From positions 20,125-84,124 of the forward strand of contig JBDSDR010000004.1 of NCBI GenBank assembly GCA_039920385.1: a DNA stretch of 64,000 nt, read 5' to 3'. The stretch comes from Candidatus Saccharimonadales bacterium. GTDB lineage: Bacteria > Patescibacteriota > Saccharimonadia > Saccharimonadales > JAUPVS01. The position numbers and the translations under genes are program-made. Position 1 is the stretch's first letter; each line of letters opens with the position of its first letter. The notes beneath the pieces are model-generated. The model searched no databases. It saw only the letters and a list, made by a program, of their open reading frames with translations, and was not told where the DNA came from. This document shows, piece after piece, positions 17,161 to 26,739 of this stretch.

Positions 17161-18264
17161 ATCTGCTTCGGCTACAACAACTGTGCCTTCATCGGCATCA
17201 ACAATAACTGTCTGGCCGTTTTTTAGTGCCTTTGTAGCGTTAGTTGTGCCGACAATACACGGTTTATGTAATTCTCTGGCTACAATTGCTGCATGCGACA
17301 GTATGCCGCCCTGATTGGTAACTATGGCAGCGGCTTTTTGCATCAAGGGCACATAGCTTGGCGTGGTAACTTCGCAGACTAGTATGGCATTGCTCGGTAG
17401 GTTGATAGCTAAATTATCGGCATCAACTAGGCAGACTGGGCCGCGAGCAACACCACTGCTACCAGTTTGACCACTGACTATAGCTGTATTACTAGATTGG
17501 CTGGTTCGAATAGTAGTGTCGGCGTACATATCACCCAGTGATTTGCTGTAGTCAATATACCAAGTCCCCATTGACGAATCGGTCGTCTCAAAATAGCCTT
17601 GCAAGTAGTTATTTATAAAAACAGCACCAATTAGCCGGTTAAGTTGCTTTTGCTTTGATTTGTCGGCTACGTGAATTAGCTCGGCAAGCTTTTTTAAATG
17701 AACTAATGCTGTTGGGTTGTCGGGCAAAATTGTCCAGTTAGTAAAGTCGTAACGAAAAGCCAACGGCGGCTTATCGTCATGGAAACCTTGAGTTAGTTGG
17801 TGGTGACCGCCAAATATTATTTCGCCCTGTATGCCGTGTTTATTAACAATAAATATAGTGGCCCAAGAATAATCTGGCGGGTGAGGTACAAAATCTGCTC
17901 GGTAGTCAGCCGGGTTAATATCCTGCTCTAAAAACCATGAAAAAGCCTCGCGAATTGTTTTGCCGCGCATACGGAGTTTTGGTAAGTCTTTTTCTTTAGG
18001 GATTAACCGTAACGCACACAGCTCATTGCCACGGGACTTCATGAATTTACCAAAACTCTTATCCTGGTTATTAAGTTGGCTGGCTTCAAACTGAGTTGGT
18101 TTATCAAAAGGTAAGCCAATTACCTCATTGAGAACTTTGAGTCGCTCTCTTTTTTCATTGTCTTCTTTTCTGATTGCTGATGTGTCGGCATGTTTAATAT
18201 CCTCCAGCCATTCGGTCAGTGACTTTTGAGTCTTGAGCAGCTTAGCTAGTTTATAATCAGTCAT
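17155..18264 (-). CDS. PEP-utilising-enzyme mobile (phosphohistidine swivel) domain protein with an uncharacterised 270-aa N-terminal domain
   Basis: C-terminal roughly 90 aa match the PEP-utilizers swivel domain, including the catalytic His context (NQGGILSHAAIVARELHKPCIVG). The N-terminal domain shows no PPDK/PEPS ATP-grasp or TIM-barrel motifs. Confidence 0.7.
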   Translation of the reverse strand: MTDYKLAKLLKTQKSLTEWLEDIKHADTSAIRKEDNEKRERLKVLNEVIGLPFDKPTQFEASQLNNQDKSFGKFMKSRGNELCALRLIPKEKDLPKLRMRGKTIREAFSWFLEQDINPADYRADFVPHPPDYSWATIFIVNKHGIQGEIIFGGHHQLTQGFHDDKPPLAFRYDFTNWTILPDNPTALVHLKKLAELIHVADKSKQKQLNRLIGAVFINNYLQGYFETTDSSMGTWYIDYSKSLGDMYADTTIRTSQSSNTAIVSGQTGSSGVARGPVCLVDADNLAINLPSNAILVCEVTTPSYVPLMQKAAAIVTNQGGILSHAAIVARELHKPCIVGTTNATKALKNGQTVIVDADEGTVVVAEADS

Positions 18265-18316
18265 GAAGGCAACTCCTTATCATCTAGTTTACAGCCATTT
18301 TTGCTATGATTACACT

Positions 18317-19582
18317 ATGAATCAAAAAATATCTAATATGACCGAAGCAAACTTGGCCTTAATGGGGTTCATGCCAAAAGCCCAGCCGGTTAGCTGGACA
18401 TTTGCATTAGACCAAATGCGAGCCTTGATGGCGGAGCTCGGTAACCCGCAGGATAAACTTAAAATTATTCATGTTGCCGGCACTTCTGGTAAAACTTCTA
18501 CCAGCTATTATGTTGCCGGTATGCTGCAGCGAGCTGGTAAGCAAGTTGGCCTAACAGTTTCGCCGCATGTGGATAGTGTTCGGGAACGAGTTCAGATAAA
18601 TGGCGATGCCCTGTCGGAAGCTGAATTCTGTAGTTTGCTATCAGAGTTTTTAAGCCTACCGCAGTTCGCCAAGTTTAAACCTAGCTACTTTGGTGTTATG
18701 GTGGCTTTCGCATATTGGGTTTTTGCAAAAAAAGAGCTAGAGTACGCTGTAATTGAAGTTGGCATGGGGGGGCGACTCGATGCCACTAACGTCGTAGAGA
18801 ATGATGATAAAATCGCCGTGATTACTGATATCGGCCTCGACCATACAGAGATGTTAGGGGGCAACCTGGTTAGTATAGCTGGCGAAAAAGCCGAGATAAT
18901 TAAACCCCATAACCAGGTTTTTACGGCAATAGTTGATGAGTCTGTAGCTGAAGTTATCAAAATAAAGTCAGCCGCCGTCGGTGCTAGGCTCACGGTCGTC
19001 AAAGATTTGACTAGTGCTCCAGCAAGCTTGCCATTATTTCAGCAACGCAACTGGTCGGTAGCCAAAGCAGTGCTAGATTTTATAAAAGTTCGAGATAAGT
19101 TCGAGTTTAGCATGGAGCAGGCTAAAAATGCCGCCGAAATAGTCGTGCCAGCTCGTATGGAAACCGTACAATACAAGAGTAAGACCATTATTATGGACGG
19201 CGCCCATAATGCCCAAAAAATTACCGCCCTGTGTCAAAGTTTAAGCCAGCGTTATCCCCAAAAAATGGCGGCTATGATTAGTTTGGCAAGCGGGAAGGAT
19301 CTATCTTTAAGGGATAGCCTAAAGGCCCTCAGCGGCGTGGTCGATTATCTTATAGTAACGACATTTTCGGTAGAACAGGATGTTCCTAAAACTGCAATTG
19401 ACCCTAAGATTATTGAAAAAACCGCCACAGAAGCTGGCATAAAATCGGTTCAAGTAATATCCGACCCTGCCGAAGCTTTTCATAGCCTGTTGGCGCTACC
19501 ACAAAATGACCTACTTATAACCGGTTCATTCTATTTGCTCAATCACATTCGGCCACTAGTAAAGGAGATGGTAAATGATTAA
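18317..19582 (+). CDS. folC: folylpolyglutamate synthase / dihydrofolate synthase (FolC, Mur-ligase family)
   Basis: P-loop IIHVAGTSGKTSTS. Mur-ligase middle and C-terminal domains. Directly followed by DHFR. The start is taken at the in-frame ATG at 18317, since the track start overlaps the divergent gene. Confidence 0.8.
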   Translation: MNQKISNMTEANLALMGFMPKAQPVSWTFALDQMRALMAELGNPQDKLKIIHVAGTSGKTSTSYYVAGMLQRAGKQVGLTVSPHVDSVRERVQINGDALSEAEFCSLLSEFLSLPQFAKFKPSYFGVMVAFAYWVFAKKELEYAVIEVGMGGRLDATNVVENDDKIAVITDIGLDHTEMLGGNLVSIAGEKAEIIKPHNQVFTAIVDESVAEVIKIKSAAVGARLTVVKDLTSAPASLPLFQQRNWSVAKAVLDFIKVRDKFEFSMEQAKNAAEIVVPARMETVQYKSKTIIMDGAHNAQKITALCQSLSQRYPQKMAAMISLASGKDLSLRDSLKALSGVVDYLIVTTFSVEQDVPKTAIDPKIIEKTATEAGIKSVQVISDPAEAFHSLLALPQNDLLITGSFYLLNHIRPLVKEMVND

Positions 19583-20054
19583 GGCAATCCTGGCGATTGA
19601 TCAAGCCAATGGATTAGCAACTGATGCCGGTATCCCGTGGGATATCCCGACCGACCAAAATTATGTGCACCAGACAATCTCGACTCAGCCAGTTGTTATG
19701 GGTTATCGAACTTACCAAGAAATGAAAGTGCTGCCAAAAAATGATCCGAGTTTTGTAGTGATTCATCCGGGCACAAAACTAAGGGATGGTTTTGTTGCCG
19801 TCAGCGATGTTAATCAACTGATTAAAAAGTACCAGAACAGTAAGCAGACCTTGTGGGTTATTGGTGGCGCTAAAATCTATCAGGAGCTATTACCGCAAAC
19901 CCAGGAGCTATATGTAACCAGGGTGGGCAGCTTATTCAACTGCACGAAGTTTTTTCCGGAATTCGAAGCGCAGTATACGATGATTGAGACCAGCCCTCCG
20001 AAGCAAGAAAATGGCATACCTTTTCATTTCGAGATTTGGCGTAGAAATGTCTAG
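19575..20054 (+). CDS. folA: dihydrofolate reductase
   Basis: MIKAILAIDQANGLATDAGIPWDIP and VIGGAKIYQELLP are DHFR signatures. 8-nt overlap with folC. Confidence 0.75.
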   Translation: MIKAILAIDQANGLATDAGIPWDIPTDQNYVHQTISTQPVVMGYRTYQEMKVLPKNDPSFVVIHPGTKLRDGFVAVSDVNQLIKKYQNSKQTLWVIGGAKIYQELLPQTQELYVTRVGSLFNCTKFFPEFEAQYTMIETSPPKQENGIPFHFEIWRRNV

Positions 20055-20083
20055 AATCAGGTATAATAGTAACTAAGTAATTT

Positions 20084-21268
20084 ATGAAAAAAGCTGCTAT
20101 ATCGCCTAAAAAGGCTCAGGTTGCTGACCCCACCGGTCGCGCCAAAAATTATCAAGTCAGCCGGGCTCTACCTGACTTAAGAAACCAAAAATTAGCTCCT
20201 AAACCACTATCCAAGGCCACCAAAACCAGACGATTCAACAAAAAGAAAATAGTGAAGAGAACACTTCTAGTACTACTGGCAGTTTTTATTATTGTCGGGG
20301 GTTGGTTAGGTTACAAGGTGATTCTTAATAGCAATCGTCTCGGCACTAATATTTGGAGCATTTTTGATAACTCTAAACTTAGAGGCGAAGATAGAGGTCG
20401 GATAAACATCCTGTTAGCCGGTGATTCGTCCGACGACCCCGGTCACGCCGGTGCCGAATTAACTGACTCGATTATGCTAATTAGCATTAATCCTAATAAT
20501 AAAACTGCTTTTGCTATGAGTATCCCGCGCGATCTTTACGTAAATATTCCTGGCAATGACTACTCAAAGATCAACGCCGCTAATGTTTACGGTAATGCTG
20601 ATGGTTTTAAAGAAGCTGGATATCCCGACGGGGGCATGGGTTTACTAGAAAAGACAGTTAGCCAAACGCTTGGTATCCCGATCGATTATTATGCCCTAAT
20701 CAACTACACGGCTTTTAAAGATACAGTTAATGCAGTCGGCGGTGTGACGGTAACAATCGATAGTGGTTACAAAAACGGTGTTTACGATCCGTTTGCTAAT
20801 CTTAAATTGCCAAACGGGACTATGCAGATAAATGGTGATCAGGCACTGGCGTTGTCGCGAGCTCGTGGCGAGGGGCCGGGCGCATTTGGGGTTGGCAGCG
20901 ACTTTGATCGTACGCAGTATCAGCGGGATATATTGCTGGCCTTAAAAGATAAGGCGACTAGCACCGGAGTCCTGACAAACCCGGTTAAAATTAGCAGTCT
21001 ATTTGATGCCGTCGGCAATAATGTTAAAACAGATCTTTCACTGGGTAATATACGCCGCCTCAATAACCTAACCAAAGATATCAACAATGCTGATGTTAAG
21101 TCGGTTAGCTTGAATGATGTTGATGGTAAAAACTTGTTAATTAGCTACACGACTCGCAATGGTCAGTCGGCATTGGTCCCAGCTGCCGGCATTGATGATT
21201 TCTCGCAAATAAAAGAACTTCTCAATCAGTTATTTAATAGCGTACCAACTGCGCCGAAGACAAATTAA
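20084..21268 (+). CDS. LytR-CpsA-Psr (LCP) family cell-wall polymer transferase
   Basis: Basic cytoplasmic N-terminus followed by a TM helix. LCP core INILLAGDSSDD...DSIMLISINPNNKTAFAMSIPRDLYVNIPG. Confidence 0.85.
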   Translation: MKKAAISPKKAQVADPTGRAKNYQVSRALPDLRNQKLAPKPLSKATKTRRFNKKKIVKRTLLVLLAVFIIVGGWLGYKVILNSNRLGTNIWSIFDNSKLRGEDRGRINILLAGDSSDDPGHAGAELTDSIMLISINPNNKTAFAMSIPRDLYVNIPGNDYSKINAANVYGNADGFKEAGYPDGGMGLLEKTVSQTLGIPIDYYALINYTAFKDTVNAVGGVTVTIDSGYKNGVYDPFANLKLPNGTMQINGDQALALSRARGEGPGAFGVGSDFDRTQYQRDILLALKDKATSTGVLTNPVKISSLFDAVGNNVKTDLSLGNIRRLNNLTKDINNADVKSVSLNDVDGKNLLISYTTRNGQSALVPAAGIDDFSQIKELLNQLFNSVPTAPKTN

Positions 21269-22033
21269 ATGCCCCATAAAGCAATAATTATCGGCGGAAT
21301 ATGCTTGGGTGTAGTCGGTCTGTTTGTAGCCCTGGAGGCGGCCTTCGTTAAGTACAATGGTAAGAATGTGCCAGCCCCAAATATCCCAAGGCAATCTGTG
21401 GCGCAAGGCCAAGGTCCTAGACTTAATTATTATGTTCTTGGCGACAGCACTGCCGTAGCGCAGGGCGCCGATTACCTGCAGGGAGTGGCAATTGGCACCG
21501 CCAACCAGTTGGCTAATAACTATGCCGTTACCATGACAAACCTAGGTGTCTCGGGGGCTCGAACTAGTGATGTTGCTAGTAGCCAGGTAGATCAAATAAA
21601 AACTAAACCCGATCTTGTAATGATATTGGTTGGGTCGAATGACGTTACTCATTTTACGGCCAACAAGTCAGTAGAAACTTCGCTACGGTCGATAACCGAT
21701 AAATTAGTAAACCTGAACTGTGATACGAAAATTGTTATCACAGGAGCAGCCCAAATGGGCGCGGTGCCTCGCTTTCCGCAACCGCTCCGTTTGATTGCTG
21801 GTTGGCGATCTAATCAACTCAACAAAACTTTTAGACAGTTTAGCCAGACGCATAACTTCACTTTTGCCGAACTGGCTAGTAAAACTGGCCCAACCTTTAA
21901 GAATAATCGTAGTTTGTTTGCACAAGATAACTTCCACCCTAATGCCCAAGGCTACGCAGTCTGGACACCGGTATTGGCCGAATCGCTAAACGATGCTTTG
22001 GTCAACCAAGTATCGCACTGCCCCCAAGATTAG
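21269..22033 (+). CDS. SGNH/GDSL-family hydrolase
   Basis: GDS block (YVLGDSTAVAQG). Block III (ILVGSNDV). DxxH block (DNFHPNAQGY). N-terminal TM/signal. Confidence 0.8.
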   Translation: MPHKAIIIGGICLGVVGLFVALEAAFVKYNGKNVPAPNIPRQSVAQGQGPRLNYYVLGDSTAVAQGADYLQGVAIGTANQLANNYAVTMTNLGVSGARTSDVASSQVDQIKTKPDLVMILVGSNDVTHFTANKSVETSLRSITDKLVNLNCDTKIVITGAAQMGAVPRFPQPLRLIAGWRSNQLNKTFRQFSQTHNFTFAELASKTGPTFKNNRSLFAQDNFHPNAQGYAVWTPVLAESLNDALVNQVSHCPQD

Positions 22034-22071
22034 GCTATTATATCTAGGTTAGACATAAGTAAAAAATTACT

Positions 22072-22932
22072 TTGTTGACTAGCAAAAGGAAACAAATGGA
22101 AACATACGATCTTGCCGCCCAACAGGCTGCCCGGGTTTTAACTCATACTTTTTCAACTTCGTTTAGTCGCTCAATCTATTTTTTTAAACCTAGAATGCGA
22201 CAGCATATCTATAATCTCTATGGTTTAGTCAGAGTAGCCGACGAAGTTGTTGACAGTTACCACGGTAAAGATGCCTTGGCTATTTTAAATAAGCTGGAAG
22301 ACGACACCTACCAGGCCATCAAGACCGGCTATAGTTCCAATGTCATCATCCATGCCTTTTTGCTAACTGCCCAGCAAGCCGATATCGGCAAAGAGCTCAT
22401 CAAGCCATTTTTTGATAGTATGCGAATGGACATTGAACCACGAAAGTACCATGCCAGCAAAGATTACGAAAAGTATATTTACGGTTCAGCCGAAGTAGTC
22501 GGCTTAATGTGCTTAAAGGTGTTTTGCATGGGTGATAAATCTGGTTATCAAAAGCTACAGCAAGGTGCCAAAGCGCTCGGTTCGGCTTTTCAGAAAATTA
22601 ATTTTTTAAGGGATATTGCCGACGACTATAAACGGCTCGGTCGTTACTACTTCCCAGTCGGTTCTTTTGCGACGTTCGATGATAGTATTAAGAGCGAAAT
22701 TGTGGCAGATATAAATCTGGATATGAAATTGGCCAAAACTGCTATGGAGCAATTACCAAAAGATGCCCAAACTGCAGTGTGCGTAGCCTACGAATACTTT
22801 GCAACACTTTTGACTCGGCTCAGTAAGTCTCCTGCCAAACAGTTAAAGAAGGAGCGTTTAAGAGTTAGTAACCCACACAAGCGATGGATTATTGGTTCGG
22901 TTATAGTCAGGCAAAAAATTCGTGGTAAATAA
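22072..22932 (+). CDS. crtB: phytoene/dehydrosqualene synthase (CrtB/CrtM family)
   Basis: Two Asp-rich motifs (VADEVVD and RDIADD) in the squalene/phytoene synthase fold. YGSAEVVGLMCL region. Confidence 0.85.
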   Translation: MLTSKRKQMETYDLAAQQAARVLTHTFSTSFSRSIYFFKPRMRQHIYNLYGLVRVADEVVDSYHGKDALAILNKLEDDTYQAIKTGYSSNVIIHAFLLTAQQADIGKELIKPFFDSMRMDIEPRKYHASKDYEKYIYGSAEVVGLMCLKVFCMGDKSGYQKLQQGAKALGSAFQKINFLRDIADDYKRLGRYYFPVGSFATFDDSIKSEIVADINLDMKLAKTAMEQLPKDAQTAVCVAYEYFATLLTRLSKSPAKQLKKERLRVSNPHKRWIIGSVIVRQKIRGK

Positions 22933-24451
22933 GCCGGCCAGCCAAAAAACGGCTGTAATAATTGGCGCCGGAATTGGCGGACTAGGGGTAGCGGCGTTAT
23001 TGTCAGCTGATGGTTGGCGAGTAAAGGTTTACGAACAGGCGGCCGGTCCTGGTGGACGTGCCGGAATCTGGCAAAAAGATGGTTTTCGGTTCGATACTGG
23101 TCCTTCTTGGTATTTAATGCCCGAGGTTTTTGAGCACTACTTTGAATTACTAGGAGAAAAGCGGAATGATTATTTTCAGCTACAAAAACTTTCGCCAGCC
23201 TACAAAGTATTTACAGAAACTGAAGCACCAATAGTTGTGACTGGCGATATTGAGCAGGATAGCCAGACATTTGATGACATTGAAGCTGGTGCTGGCAACC
23301 AGCTTAAAAAATACTTAAAAAACGCCGAGCAAACCTATAACTTGGCGGTCAAGTATTTTTTGTATAATCCGTTTCGCAGTATCGGCCCGCTACTAAAGAT
23401 CGAGATATTCAAAAAACTACCATTCATGTTAACGCAGTTACTGCAACCAATTAGCAGCTATGTTAATAAGTATGTCAGACGACAGGTGTTGCAGCAGATA
23501 CTAGAGTATCCAATGGTGTTTTTGGGCACCTCACCGTATCAAGCTCCGGCCCTGTATCACTTAATGAGCCACATGGATTTTGCCCAAGGAGTGTTTTTCC
23601 CAAAAGGCGGTATGTTTAAAGTGATTGAAGCCATCGAGTCTATTAACAAAAAGCGGGGGACAGAGCTTAACTACAACCAGTCAGTTAGCAGGATTGTTTA
23701 TGAAAATAAAAAAGCTACTGGAGTTTTGCTGAGCAACGGTGATACTGTCTCGGCCGATATTGTTATTTCAAATGCCGACCTGCACTTTACCGAAACCCAA
23801 TTACTTGCCGAAGAAGTTCAATCATACCCAGAAAAATTTTGGTCCAATAAAGTGGCTGGCCCATCAGCTCTTTTAATGTACTTGGGGGTTAAGGGGCAGT
23901 TACCGGAACTAGAGCATCATAACTTACTATTCGCAAAAGCCTGGGAGCAAAATTTTAAACAGATTTTTGAAAGTAAAGTTTGGCCCGATAAAGCTTCTAT
24001 GTACATTAGCCGTACCTCGGCTAGCGATAAATCGACTGCACCAAACGATAGCCAGAATATTTTTGTACTAGTACCATTACCGGCTGGTCATAGTGAAGAT
24101 CTGGAACAATATGCCGAAAAATATCTTGGTCAGATTGAGTCAATCACTGGCATAAAGGACTTTCGGGAAAGAATAACCCTGAAAAGGTTGTACGGACCAG
24201 ACGATTTTACGAATGATTTTAATGCTTGGCAAGGCACGGCTTTAGGCATGGCACATATTCTTAAGCAGAGCGCTATGTTTAGGCCAGCCGTAAAAAGTAA
24301 AAAACTAACCAATCTTTATTACGTTGGTGGCAACACCCAGCCCGGTATTGGGCTGCCAATGTGTCTGATTAGCGCCGAACTCGTCTATAAGCGCCTTGTT
24401 GGCGATAACTCGGCCGGACCCTTAGAAAGCCTTGGTAGGTCACATGGGTAG
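22922..24451 (+). CDS. crtI: phytoene desaturase (CrtI/CrtN family FAD oxidase)
   Basis: N-terminal dinucleotide fold KTAVIIGAGIGGLGVAALLSADGWRVKVYEQAAGPGGRA. 509 aa. C-terminal CrtI-type motif. 11-nt overlap with crtB. Confidence 0.85.
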   Translation: MVNKPASQKTAVIIGAGIGGLGVAALLSADGWRVKVYEQAAGPGGRAGIWQKDGFRFDTGPSWYLMPEVFEHYFELLGEKRNDYFQLQKLSPAYKVFTETEAPIVVTGDIEQDSQTFDDIEAGAGNQLKKYLKNAEQTYNLAVKYFLYNPFRSIGPLLKIEIFKKLPFMLTQLLQPISSYVNKYVRRQVLQQILEYPMVFLGTSPYQAPALYHLMSHMDFAQGVFFPKGGMFKVIEAIESINKKRGTELNYNQSVSRIVYENKKATGVLLSNGDTVSADIVISNADLHFTETQLLAEEVQSYPEKFWSNKVAGPSALLMYLGVKGQLPELEHHNLLFAKAWEQNFKQIFESKVWPDKASMYISRTSASDKSTAPNDSQNIFVLVPLPAGHSEDLEQYAEKYLGQIESITGIKDFRERITLKRLYGPDDFTNDFNAWQGTALGMAHILKQSAMFRPAVKSKKLTNLYYVGGNTQPGIGLPMCLISAELVYKRLVGDNSAGPLESLGRSHG

Positions 24452-24755
24452 CATTTATCTAGTGGCCCTGACTTTTTCGTTGACTGGCTTGCTCATAGCA
24501 GATAGACGTTATAAATTAGTCTGGTTCTTAAGTTGGCGAAGGGCCTTAAAAGTATTATCGCCTGTTTATCTGTTGTTTATAGGCTGGGACTTGGTTGGGA
24601 TTGGATCGCAGATTTTTTATACTGGACCATCAGACTACCTATTGGGTTGGCAAGTCTTACCTAACTTCCCGGTAGAGGAACTACTATTTTTGGGCTTATT
24701 GGTGTACACGCCGTTAGTAATTTGGCAGTATTTAAAGAAGCAACATTATGTATAG
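24432..24755 (+). CDS. lycopene-cyclase-domain protein (heterodimeric CrtYc/CrtYe-type subunit)
   Basis: Roughly 100-aa, 3-TM protein with the PxEE(x)hF motif (PVEELLFLG) characteristic of lycopene cyclase domains. Start/stop overlap with crtI. Confidence 0.7.
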   Translation: MVGHMGSIYLVALTFSLTGLLIADRRYKLVWFLSWRRALKVLSPVYLLFIGWDLVGIGSQIFYTGPSDYLLGWQVLPNFPVEELLFLGLLVYTPLVIWQYLKKQHYV

Positions 24756-25026
24756 GTATCTGATAATTAATCTGATATTTTGCTTGCCATTAGCTATAGT
24801 ATGGTTTGTACACCCTAAGCCAAAACGGCGGTTACTGGCAGTACTGCTAATAATGTTGTCTCTGACGGCTATTTTTGACAGTTTGATTATTGCCTTTGAT
24901 ATTGTTGGCTATAACCAGCAATATACAGCTGGGCTGGTTATTATTAAGGCGCCGATTGAGGATTTCTTTTATACTGTAGTAGCAACAGTTTTAACAATTA
25001 GTTTATGGGAAAGATATTCCAGATGA
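24748..25026 (+). CDS. lycopene-cyclase-domain protein (second subunit, CrtYd/CrtYf-type)
   Basis: 92-aa membrane protein with PIEDFFYTV (PxE(D/E)hhY motif). 8-nt overlap with the preceding gene. Confidence 0.7.
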   Translation: MYRYLIINLIFCLPLAIVWFVHPKPKRRLLAVLLIMLSLTAIFDSLIIAFDIVGYNQQYTAGLVIIKAPIEDFFYTVVATVLTISLWERYSR

Positions 25027-25871
25027 ATCGTATTGTCGAACTAGTTAAGACATCTCGGCCAATTTCTTGGGTTAATACCGCCTATCCGTTTTCGGCCGGG
25101 TATATTGTGGTTAGCGGTCAGCTAAACTGGTTTTGGCTGGTTGCTACAGTTTACTTTTTAATTCCATATAATCTTTTGATGTACGGGATTAACGATGTTT
25201 TTGATTACGAATCTGACTTACAAAATCCCCGTAAAGGCGGTATAGAGGGGGCAGTAACCGAGCGTTCATTACACCGAACAATTATATGGAGCTCACTACT
25301 CCTCGGCCTACCATTCTTAATTTACATGGTTAGCCAGACGTCTTGGCAAGCTAGTTTATGGTTGGTTTTTGTACTATTTATGGTGATTGCCTATAGCGCC
25401 CCAAAACTTCGTTTTAAAGAGCGCCCCTTTTTAGATTCGGCTACTTCTAGTATTCACTTTGTTGGCCCGTTAATTTATGGATTGATTGTGCTGGGCTGGC
25501 GAGCTGACTTCTGGCCATATGTGGTAGCCTTCTTCTTGTGGGGAATGGCCAGTCATGCATTTGGTGCTGTCCAAGATATTGAGGCTGACCGAAAAGGTAA
25601 AATTGCTTCGATTGGAACAATCATGGGGGCTAAATGGACGACACGGTTTTCTTTGTTGCTGTATGTTTTGTGCGCCGGTTTATTGGTATTGCAAGGTCGA
25701 CAAACCTGGGCTATTGGGTTGTGTGCCTTGCTGTACGCCGCTAATGCCGCACCTTACTATAATCTGCCAGACAAAGACTGCGAAGTAGCAAATGCTGGCT
25801 GGCACCGGTTTATCTGGCTTAACTTTATAACGGGTGCGGTAGTAACTATCAGCTTAATTTTAATCATCTAA
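25005..25871 (+). CDS. UbiA-family prenyltransferase, lycopene elongase (CrtEb/LyeJ-like)
   Basis: NDVFDYESD is the NDxxDxxxD UbiA motif. About 8 TM helices. Sits immediately after the cyclase-domain pair, as in C50 carotenoid clusters. Confidence 0.72.
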   Translation: MGKIFQMNRIVELVKTSRPISWVNTAYPFSAGYIVVSGQLNWFWLVATVYFLIPYNLLMYGINDVFDYESDLQNPRKGGIEGAVTERSLHRTIIWSSLLLGLPFLIYMVSQTSWQASLWLVFVLFMVIAYSAPKLRFKERPFLDSATSSIHFVGPLIYGLIVLGWRADFWPYVVAFFLWGMASHAFGAVQDIEADRKGKIASIGTIMGAKWTTRFSLLLYVLCAGLLVLQGRQTWAIGLCALLYAANAAPYYNLPDKDCEVANAGWHRFIWLNFITGAVVTISLILII

Positions 25872-25893
25872 TCTCTGTTAATAGTAGGTAGTT

Positions 25894-26739
25894 GTGCTAA
25901 ACTTAATGTCTATGACTAAGAAAGTTGCCATTCAGGGTGAGGAAGCTTCGTTTCACGGTATTGCCGCTCACCAGTTCTTTGGCAACGCTATCGAACTAGT
26001 ATATTGCGATACCTTTAGCGACACCTTTGCAGCTGTTGAAAACGGTGTGGCCGACTATGCAGTTTGTGCAATCGAAAATTCACTTTTCGGATCAATTAAC
26101 CAAACTTACGACCTTTTAGTGAATTACGATTTTTCGATTGTTGGTGAGGTTTATTTACGAATTAAGCAGTGTTTGGTAACTGTACCGGGTGCTTCGTTAA
26201 GCGATATTACTGAAGTCTATTCACACCCTGTTGCGCTGGCTCAATGCGGCGACTATTTAGATGCCAATCTTCCAAATGCTAAGCGTCTCGAATATCGCGA
26301 CACTGCCGCCAGTATTGCCCAGGTTAAAGCTTTGCAGAAAAAGTCTGTGGCTGGTATTGGTAGCCAAGAGGCCGCCGAGATTTATGGGATGCAAGTACTT
26401 GCCGAGGAAATCGAAACCAACCAGCAAAACTACACCCGTTTCATTGTGCTCGAATCAAAACCGAGGGTTGTTAGTGATGCCGACAAGACTTCGCTGATAG
26501 TTAAGACTGCACACCACCCAGGCGCTTTATATGACGCCTTGGGCGCGTTTGCCAAACACGGCATAAACCTAAGCAAGCTTCAATCACGGCCGATTATTGG
26601 CAAGGCTTGGCACTACATATTTTATGTTGATATCGAAGAGTCAGCTCAACACCCTAACTTTGAGCTTGCTATCAAGGAACTTGGCCAACAAGATTGCCAG
26701 GTGACAATCTTGGGCAGCTACAAAAACGACCGACACTAA
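25894..26739 (+). CDS. pheA: prephenate dehydratase (PDT plus ACT domains)
   Basis: VAIQGEEASFHGIAA...TRF is a PDT domain. The C-terminal ACT domain begins at TSLIVKTAHHPGALYDAL. Confidence 0.85.
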   Translation: MLNLMSMTKKVAIQGEEASFHGIAAHQFFGNAIELVYCDTFSDTFAAVENGVADYAVCAIENSLFGSINQTYDLLVNYDFSIVGEVYLRIKQCLVTVPGASLSDITEVYSHPVALAQCGDYLDANLPNAKRLEYRDTAASIAQVKALQKKSVAGIGSQEAAEIYGMQVLAEEIETNQQNYTRFIVLESKPRVVSDADKTSLIVKTAHHPGALYDALGAFAKHGINLSKLQSRPIIGKAWHYIFYVDIEESAQHPNFELAIKELGQQDCQVTILGSYKNDRH

